Shown here piece after piece: positions 56,227 through 64,000 of a stretch of 64,000 nt of DNA. Origin of the DNA: Rhodosorus marinus CCMP1338 (taxonomy: Eukaryota; Plantae; Rhodophyta); the NCBI GenBank assembly GCA_029953675.1, contig JAMWBK010000008.1:124001-188000 (forward strand). The letters are read 5' to 3'. How positions within the stretch are numbered: position 1 is the stretch's first letter; each line of letters starts with the position of its first letter. Below the pieces are notes generated by a model, which was given only the letters and a program-made list of their open reading frames with translations, searched no databases and was not told the origin of the DNA. The position numbers and the translations under genes were made by a program.

Positions 56227-58497
56227 GGCAGCGTGGTTAACCACAAGTGCGAAAGGTGGCCTCCCATGCCGCGGAGGCGAGCGGCGGTGGTAGGCGGTGT
56301 GAGGGGAGAGTTGAGCAAGATTGCGTGAGCGGCACTGTGTTGGCCCCAGGTGAAGCTATGTTGAATCACATCAGTGCGCGAGCTCCACAATCGGCTCAGA
56401 CCCGGGTAATCTGGAACAGGTGAACCGGGGCTGGCTTCCCCCTCGTCGGCGAGGACTCTGTCTATGGGAGAGTCCTCGATGGACTCAGTGCGTCCCCATA
56501 ATAGCTCTCTCCAGGAGCGGAACTTGGATCGATTCTCGTCCGGCACGGCGTTGCACTTACTGAACGCCTGTTGCAGAGCATCATAGATACTCAAAAGCGG
56601 TGGCGGAAGGGTCGCGGGGTCTTCGCTAGACAGTGCTCTAGCCAAAAGGCAGGCACTGCGCATCCGAAAACTCACCAAGGGGCGAAGCGCGGTTGCCCAG
56701 GAGGAGACCGCCGCAGGCGAGCATACGAGTCCACGGTCGGCCACTCCAAATCCACCTAATCGCAACGGTAGGGAAATCTGGGCCCGAATGAGGTCCCTTT
56801 CAGGAGCCGCTTCAGCATCCAGGGTTTCATGCAAGAGCGTTCCCCAGTGCTTCAGCATCGCCTCGTCCGCCTTGGCTGCCATCCACGAGCCCCAATGTGG
56901 TGGAAGGCTTCGCAGCCAGTAATTCAGCCGGGGGCCGGCACAAAAGCGGGAAAGCAGGCATGCAGATTGTAGCATGCTGTCCGGTAGGCGCTCAGTGGCG
57001 TCAGTGAGCTGCTTATGGCGTGCTAAAACTCGTTCGCAGGAGTCTTGCACGAAGTTGTCACTCCCCAAACCGACGCCATGGTGCTCGAGCCCCTCACGTT
57101 CACCAAATACTCGGAGACTAGATGGCAGGGAGCCCGTCGAAACTTCACGCGGGGCGAGAAAACGGCATTTTTCGGGTTCTACGGTCAGACCTACTCCACG
57201 TGCTATTGCTTCGATCTGGGCCCGTGCCGCTCGACTCAGGTCGCCAACCGCCACCAATTTCTGCACTCGAGTCGTCACGGGCGGGACTGGCCCAGTCCGA
57301 GCCCGACGGACAGAGTGCTCCGATGACGCCAAGTAGCTTTGCTGCAACACCTCAAATTCCCCCTTCAGGAACATGGCCAGTCGTTCTCGGACGCGCCATC
57401 TGCGCTCCGATGTGTGAGTGGGTGCCAGAATCAGGCGCGGCATGACCCCTAAAAATTCCCACATGACGGTGTCGCGAGGGTTAAGCGCCAGGATCGTGAA
57501 GATGAAGTCCAGGATGGTCCCCGCCACTAAGAGCTCTCCGCGAGGTAGAGAGGCAGGCGGAATCCTGCCACGGAGGAGAAGCGAGCCGCCTTCCGAAGCA
57601 ATCCATCGCCGGAGCCAACTCCGCAGGCGCTTACGCCAGATGCCCCAGTCTGCGCCCTCCTTCAGGACATAAGACTGGACTTTACTAGCATAGCCTGAAG
57701 CGCTACGCAAGGGACATAAGACTGCAGGTCCATGGACTGCGACCTCGCAGCCGTTCCCGGGGAGCTAATCGTGCTTCTCCCCCTTAGACCCGGGGGAGTC
57801 GGTCCTCGCTCGTTTGCCTCCTAACCTCACCAAACTGGTCAACCGGCCACTCCGCGAGGCTCTCGGGATGGCTCCCCCGGGCTTCAACAAAGTAATAGGG
57901 GCGTTCTCGACCGACATGCCCTCCGGCTCCCCTTCCTCGCCACTCGCACTGGAAGTGGTGCTGGGAGCGAAGCCCTCTAGTACTCCCAAACTCCGTAGCT
58001 CTGCCTTGTGACTGCAGGTCAGCACAAGGTGCCTCTCCCGGTCGAAAAAGGCAGAGGCGGCTGCGCGCAGATGGCGTGGACCCGACGCAAAACGCTCCAA
58101 AAGTATCCGCTCCATGCGATGAATGCGAAGCCAATGGATGGCTGCGGCTTTCACGTTGGTCTCGTGCTCAGAGAGCCCTGCTGTTTCTCCGGGAGAGAGG
58201 AAAGTGCCCGAAAAACGGTTGAACCCGAAATGCACTACGACCTGGGGTTGAGAACGCAACCAGCGGGCGCTCTCAGGCCACTGCTCGGTAGGCTTCGCCA
58301 GCAGGGCCTGCAGGTACTTTGCCGCGTTCGATGTGACCAGGAAGAGAACATCTCGACCCTCGTAGTTGGCAAATATAAAGTCTTCCCGACGGCAGCCCAA
58401 GGATTCTGCGAAAATGTTGCGGAAATCGCGCATGTTCGGCACCTGGCCACGGGTTGTCTGCGGCCGAACGTTCCGCACCCACAAGAACTGCAAGCTC
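56227..58497 (-). mobile_element. Family B3 element, 5' part (ORF1 C-half and ORF2 lacking the RT core)
   Basis: ORF1 57765-58493; ORF2 ATG 57733; junction LSRAARA|QIEAIARG at ~57220. Confidence 0.85.
57678..57711 (-). mobile_element. 34-nt B1 3'-end micro-insertion with 13-bp TSD
   Basis: GGACATAAGACTG at 57665-57677 and 57712-57724; the insert is the last 34 nt of B1. Confidence 0.92.
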
Positions 58498-58519
58498 GTG
58501 TCCGTGACTACTAGGACAG

Positions 58520-59433
58520 TCCCGTAGCCAGACCCCGCACCCCGTTCCAGATGCCGATCGGATCCTCGCCCGGTCTAGGTCGTCCAGTGTTGAATCCCCG
58601 GTAAGCTCCTCAAAGGCTTGTCGGTGACACTCTCGAGAGAGCGTTTTTTGGATCGGACCGTCAAACCTTGGGGTACCTGCTGTGTCTTCCGCTGTGCCTT
58701 CGGCCGAGTCCTCCAGCGGTTGCTAATCGGCCAGCCTCTGGATGCGTGCACTGGTCGTCGCTGGCAAACGTCGTCTAATTGCGCGACTTGCCTCCAGCAG
58801 TTGCCAAGCAAGTGCATCGGTTGTCCATCGAAGTCGCATCCGTGGCATCGATTCTCCTGGTGCAGCCGCAATACACTCCTGGGAAAGCCGTTCGAGGTAG
58901 CTTGATTCAGTGGTGTTCTCTTGCCGGCTGTGTTTCCACCCTGCATGGAAGGCAACTGGTTGAATTCTCGTGCGCGTGGCAAAGCCAAGTCCTCCTCATC
59001 GACACGGGAGTCGAATCTGTTTATCAACCGTTGCAGCCTCGCGTGCGGTGATATCCTGGTGTTGACATAGGCCTCCACATAAGCCTTCCAGCCTCGCGTG
59101 CGGTGATATCCTGGTGTTGACATAGGCCTCCACATAAGCCTTCCAGCTCCGAGAGGGTGATCCCGTCCGCCTCGCGTGCAACGGTACGTCCAAGGGGGTA
59201 CGCCAGGCCACGTGTATGATAATCGAGCCTTGTGCCTGCGCAGTACCGAAAGAGAGCCAGCTTGACTTGGAGTTCAGCATCTGGGAGTCGCTGAATCGAT
59301 TTTACCAGGTTCGCATGTCGCGTTTGAATAGCTCGACATTGTTCTTCCGCAAACACCAGAGTGCCAATTGGTGTGGAGTACAACGTAGTCCCGGCGCGAG
59401 TCACTCGAATCTCAGGGATATCTAGGTTAATCA
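58520..59433 (-). mobile_element. D-related RT C-terminus/linker fragment with a 55-bp tandem duplication (59034-59143)
   Basis: LFRYCAGTRLDY, RLPCR*GGLGFA, RARIRSASG. Confidence 0.8.
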
Positions 59434-59745
59434 CGTAACCCCAGACTAACGTAACCGTAAGCTTTACTGGGCAACTGCCTACTGCAGCGCAACACTACGT
59501 CTAATCCTATCTAGGGAAGAACTTACTGGAACCCCGCTACCGGGGTCTCATGCTACGTTCAAAAGAAAAAACAGGCACCAGCGGGTTGTCCAGCTGGTCC
59601 ACGCGCAAAGCGCCTAATGCTATCTCTGCGTTACCTCGCCATAGTTGCCGGTTTATCTGGGATCTCACGTCTCTCAGCTCCTCACTCCTGTGCAGTAGGT
59701 GTTTGCACCCCAGACTAACGTAAGCGTAAACTTTACTGGGCATAC
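59434..59745 (-). mobile_element. Two stacked family D 3' ends with tails
   Basis: 59434-59707 is near-identical to 37890-38145; tail blocks at 59434-59456 and 59708-59723. Confidence 0.88.
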
Positions 59746-59749
59746 CCCT

Positions 59750-61290
59750 AACCTACGCCCCATATACTTCCCTTGCAGAGGTGACACGACCGTCACGTCC
59801 AGGGCATACAGCTGAAATGTCCTCGGATGCGTAGAAATGATATCCGGTCTTAGTCGGTAGTTCTCGAAGTACCCCTCCGGTTCTTGCTTAATGTCGATGA
59901 AATTCCAGCGATTCAGCCATCGCGCCAGCTCCTACAGATTTCGTCATGCCTTCGCTGCCATAGGCCCGTCGATGTTGGGCAGTGGTGAAACCTTTGTACG
60001 CCGTTAGTACCATGTATACTACCACAGCGAGTACACTTTTCCGTAGTCCGCAGCCCCGGAATCGCTAGCCCCAGTAGTTGTTGGATATTCACCTGCATTT
60101 CGGTCGAGCTCAACTTCTTCAGCTCCAACGTCGGCAGTTCGCGCAACCAGACTCCGGATCCGGAGCCCGCGGCGGACCTGATTCGAGCATGATGTTCGCC
60201 GGAGATGCGCGGATTGTTAACCAGGGGTTGGAATGCGCAATGGTTTGCCTCCCGAGAGAGAGTTTGTTGTGTAGAACCAATATTCCAATCGCCACAGTCT
60301 TCTGGGGCGTCTTCTGGGGGGTTTTCCCTCGTCTGCTGCAGGTTGGCAAGTCTTCTGATCCGGGGCGCAGTTTCGGGGCGCAGCCTACGTTGTATCGCTA
60401 GAGCAGATGATCGGATCTGGTCTGCGAGTTGTTCTGTCGACCATTGTAGTCGCGTCGCGGTGTTCGTAGCCGGAATTTTGTCTGTATAAACCTGCCTCTC
60501 CAGCTCAGCGATGTAAGGTCAGTCTCCCGGATTGCTTCGAAAGGTATTTTTCCAGGCCGAGTAGTAAGCTATAGGCTGGATACGCCGTCGAGTAGCAAAC
60601 CCCAATCCTCCCCACCGGCAAGGCAGCGCAATCTGTTCCCAGATGTGTCCCAGGCACTCCTCGTCGTCCATGGCAGAGGTAGTAAGGCCTCCCAGTAAGG
60701 TTTCCAGGTGATATCTGGTCATGGTATTCGCCTCCCGTGCCAGACTGCGGCCGAACGGGTAGGCTAGGCATCGTAGAAGATAATCTAGGCGCGTTTCAGC
60801 GCAGTACCCGAACAATGCTACCTGTGCGTTAAGTTCATGTTGCGGTGGCTGTGCTATTTCCTTGATGAGCCTTTCGTGCTTATTTTGAAGCGCACGGCAC
60901 TCGTGCTCGATATATTGCCGGTTTCCTAGCGGAATCGAATGGATAGTGACGCCGACTCGGCTAACATGTACGCCAGGTATCTCGCGATTGATGGCTCGCG
61001 CCGTCGTCAAGGTTCGGCCGTATAGAGTGCATTTGTTGAGTTGCAGGCGGGCCCCAAGAGCAGGGAGCATAGTTCGGTTCCAGGCTAGTGCTTGCTTCAG
61101 TTCCTGCAGGGGTCCCACGATGGTATTATCGTCATGCATAGCGACTATCGTTAGATCGGAGAACTTTGTTCGCAGAGCCTTTAGGAACGGTGCGAGGGCT
61201 AGTGCATGTAGCACCGGCCCAAGCGGGTCACCCTGTTGTACTCCCGTAGCTGCTGGAGCGTCAGTCGTGAGTACTCCGTTTGGTTCTCTC
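59750..61290 (-). mobile_element. Family D3 ORF2 fragment (RT through REL)
   Basis: GVQQGDPL, MHDD, LPCRWGGLG, nonsense at 60519, CTRC...HHC...RRHD, LRPDII...YALDV. Confidence 0.88.
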
Positions 61291-61344
61291 CAGGTGCCTA
61301 GTCGTTGGACCGTGGTCGATGTGCAGCTTGACCAGACCATTTCC

Positions 61345-61530
61345 TAATAGTAGAAGCATCAATCACAGTACTCATTTCGGACCAGCCCAGGTCATCTTAT
61401 AGCCTCCTCACGGCGCTGTCCTTGACCTTGTGGCGTTGCAACGCCGCATTATTGTTGGACGCAGGTCATCAGCGTATTGTTTCTCGCTTTTCAGCGTAGT
61501 TAGGCTCTGATTAAACGGAACGGAACTCAT
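61345..61530 (+). mobile_element. 3' end of a further family (F)
   Basis: SLLTALSLTLWRCNAALLLDAGHQR...SA stop 61497-61499, homologous to the A/B C-termini; then ATTAAA and CGGAACGGAAC. Confidence 0.65.
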
Positions 61531-61539
61531 TCCTTGTCT

Positions 61540-61970
61540 AGCGCCCATCTCACGGCTGCCGCCCGTCGCCGGGGAGCAGCTGCTTCGGCCCTTCGCCGCG
61601 TCAAGGAACGACGGTATGCTGAGAGTATGGCCAGCCTGCTTCGCGCTGAGGGTCGCTTCCATCGGTTCCAACCTTTCATTGTGGAAAGCTTTGGTCACGT
61701 AGAGAAGTCGGGTTTGGAGTGGTTGCGGAAATGTTTCACTGAGCATCCTGTTGAATACTTGGAAGTTTTGCGGCGCTTAAGTGTCTCTCTGTGGCGATAT
61801 TCGAGCAGCATGCTTGCCGAGGCGCGCCATCGGCGCCTGGGTTTGCACGCTTCCCTACCTAGTTCTTAGTTCCTTTTAACGGTTTGCGTAGCGCTGTAGG
61901 CTATGCTAATACGCCTTTCGTAGCGCATCAGGCTATGTTAGTAAAACCAATAAAGCCAATAAAGCCAGTA
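61540..61970 (+). mobile_element. B2-type 3' fragment followed by a second short 3' UTR and (AATAAAGCC)2 tail
   Basis: REL C-terminus to 61869; UTR to ~61910; second UTR CGCCTTTCGTAGCGCATCAGGCTATGTTAGTAAAACC. Confidence 0.88.
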
Positions 61971-62153
61971 TAGACAAGTCCCCATAAACCAGTTCTGTTC
62001 CCCATTCTTTTAAAAACGCTGCTCTTCGCAAGTTTCTAACCATGCATTGACGGAATGACCTTCATCTAAGGCTCTTCTTGTTAGCAGTGTTGATCCGACA
62101 TTTATTTCAAACCCAAGTTTAAAGAAAGACAACCTAAGTGTACAAGCTTATTG

Positions 62154-62163
62154 GAATAAAGCC
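62154..62163 (+). mobile_element. Family B tail-only micro-insertion (GAATAAAGCC) with 9-bp TSD
   Basis: AGCTTATTG at 62145-62153 and 62164-62172. Confidence 0.75.
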
Positions 62164-62767
62164 AGCTTATTGTAATCCTTTTGGCAAATATCTGATGAAA
62201 CTTCGCGTTCCAACATCGCCCGGAGAAAGAGGGTTCGACACGAACAATTCCGCTTTCGTGAAACTCCTTCCCGCTAACCGTTCTATGCGATTCGATCGTG
62301 AAGTTCACACCAATACGCAATAGAATCAATCCACTTAAGAACTCACCCTTCTCAAGAATTTCAACTTTTGCTTTTACAACAACTCTCGCTTCTTCTCCCT
62401 CTTACCATTCTATCCTTGTCTATCACTACTCGGATTTTTGATATTACTATATTATACCAAGTCCATATGTCGCTAATCGACGGTCGCTATGATTCATCAT
62501 CAAGCATATAGAAAAACCATTAAATCAAGAGTGACAGTCTGTCACGCCCAGAAATGCTCACTATTCAACTCCAGAACCAAAATTCCTACAAGCAGATGTG
62601 CTATAAATGTTAGCAGATTATGACTGATCCGCACGCATCGAATGCTCCACATCGGATGCTCCGCATCGAATGCTCCCCTGAAACTCTACGTAAACACCTA
62701 CTGTAGTATGCCGAGGGGATAGGCATTTTCTTTCTTCGTTTGAGGGCCTTTGTTTTCTTTATTTTGT

Positions 62768-63360
62768 TCAGAATATTGCTTTATTCTCTGAAGTGCTGTC
62801 ATTCTTTTTGCCCACCGCGGGCCAATGGGGGTTGTTGTTCACCGAATCCGGATCACGCAAAACGATCTCCACAGACCAACACCATTCCCTTAGAGCACTC
62901 ATTCTACCTGTGAGTCTCCCCTTGGCCCAATGCGATGCGTCAAAATCCTTTGTTTTCGGGTACTTTATCCTGACCAAAACCTGTTGAGGAGAAATGGTCC
63001 GCGATCGAACACTTCGTGCGACGCCAGTCTTCCCTAGCCCCATATCCAAGATCTCAAAATCTTCTCTTTCGTAGTCAATATTCTGGCAAAATGGAGTGGC
63101 AAATGTTCCCAACGAACACGTTCCTCCCCCCCCAAACATATGTTCGTATCAAAACAATATCTGCTTGGCCAAAAGGAGTCATGCCCATGGCCAATGTTCC
63201 CAAACGAGTAGTGAGACTGCATGAGTCTGTGGCCCGCCAAAAACGGCCTTGTTCGGTCGAGACAATTTCCGGGCGAAGTCATCAGTGCTTCCCGTCCGCA
63301 CGCAGGGTTAAACAATCTCAAAACCTTGGCTTCGAGGGTAAATATTCTGGCCAAAGAAAG
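62768..63360 (-). pseudogene. Possible broken host gene with an internal repeat
   Basis: TFFGQNIYPRSQGFEIV and TPFCQNIDYEREDFEIL occur in one frame separated by stops; no family recognised. Confidence 0.3.
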
Positions 63361-63826
63361 TCCGGGCCAATGTTCTGATGAGGACTATCGGCCTTGGAGA
63401 TGTGGTTGCTGAATTAGAGTATTAGCGACTGCGCGGAGCCTCGTCGAGCCTCGTCCGCGCAGTAAGGCCCGGGGGGGGAGTGGAGGGGCGAGTTGGAGAG
63501 GTGTGGACGGGTGTGCGGAGACGAGTGAGGATAGCGGTGGAGTTTGCGGACTATTTGTTTGATTTCTTTCCGCAGGCTTTCCGAAAGCTCTTTAGAAGAG
63601 ATCTTATTAGTCGGTACTGAACCCGCTAACTTGTCTTGCGCAAGCGGTTGGGTTTCTTGGGGGACATATTGGCTGTTATGGCATGGCCGTGAGGTTGGGT
63701 GGTTGGTTTTTTAGGACTGGAGAAGGATTGGAGCTGTGAGGAGTCAGATTAGGAAGGATCGGCGTGCCCACGGTTGGGTTCGCGGGTTCTGGGGGTATGG
63801 CAAGCAAACAAGAGGGAAAAACCCGT

Positions 63827-64000
63827 ATGGACGCCTACGCGTTTGCAGTAGTGCTGGTTGCGCTAGTTTTGCAGCGGACGGGGGTCGGCGCAACGCTTAC
63901 GAAAGTTGACTTCGAAGATGCTCCTGTCATGGATATTATTGATGGTCTTCCGACCGACTTCGCTTTTCTGCCTCCTGGTCAGACTGACCGCATTCTGGTG
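63827..64000 (+). CDS. Secreted protein, N-terminus only (possibly glucose/sorbosone dehydrogenase-like beta-propeller)
   Basis: Open to the window end; MDAYAFAVVLVALVL signal peptide; GLPTDFAFLPPGQTDRILV resembles the first-blade AFLPDG-RILV pattern. An in-frame upstream ATG exists at 63797. Confidence 0.55.
   Translation, partial: MDAYAFAVVLVALVLQRTGVGATLTKVDFEDAPVMDIIDGLPTDFAFLPPGQTDRILV

Noticed and set aside
11510-59143. Shared 55-bp period of the duplications at ~11510 and 59034
   Set aside because: Unrelated sequences and only two cases; coincidence cannot be excluded.
62635-62676. 3 x 14-bp repeat GCATCGAATGCTCC as a regulatory element
   Set aside because: The repeat is real, but nothing in the sequence links it to a function.
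63374-63400. Hammerhead ribozyme core (CTGATGAG)
   Set aside because: No correctly placed GAAA or flanking stems found by eye.

Overview
Eukaryotic, intron-poor DNA; the host genes would fit an alga such as a red alga, but the taxon cannot be established from the sequence. Host genes: an intronless full-size ABCB/P-glycoprotein transporter (2171-6235), a Lys-rich secreted protein, two paralogous Cys-rich secreted protein genes (one broken), and a secreted protein truncated by the window end. Most of 11-62 kb is a nested, two-orientation pile of non-LTR retrotransposons with an RT and a C-terminal CCHC + restriction-like endonuclease (REL); the best fit is the CRE clade. I separate them by hand into families A, B (subfamilies B1-B3), D and a fragment of F. 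Where a near-complete copy exists, each has a 5' UTR, a novel ORF1 and an RT-REL ORF2, and ends not in poly(A) but in a family-specific short tail: A CCA(TTCG)n, B TAGTAAAGT(CCAGT)n/(AATAAAGCC)n, D telomere-like TTACGTTAGTCTGGGG. The most notable pattern is mechanistic. Target-site duplications (TSDs) of 7-14 bp begin with bases that continue the tail. All three families have left tail-only or 3'-end-only micro-insertions of 7-34 nt with clean TSDs (seven found). One B insertion carries a captured tRNA 3' half ending in CCA plus a second element tail at its 5' junction. All coordinates and alignments were read by eye; boundaries of degenerate fragments are approximate.
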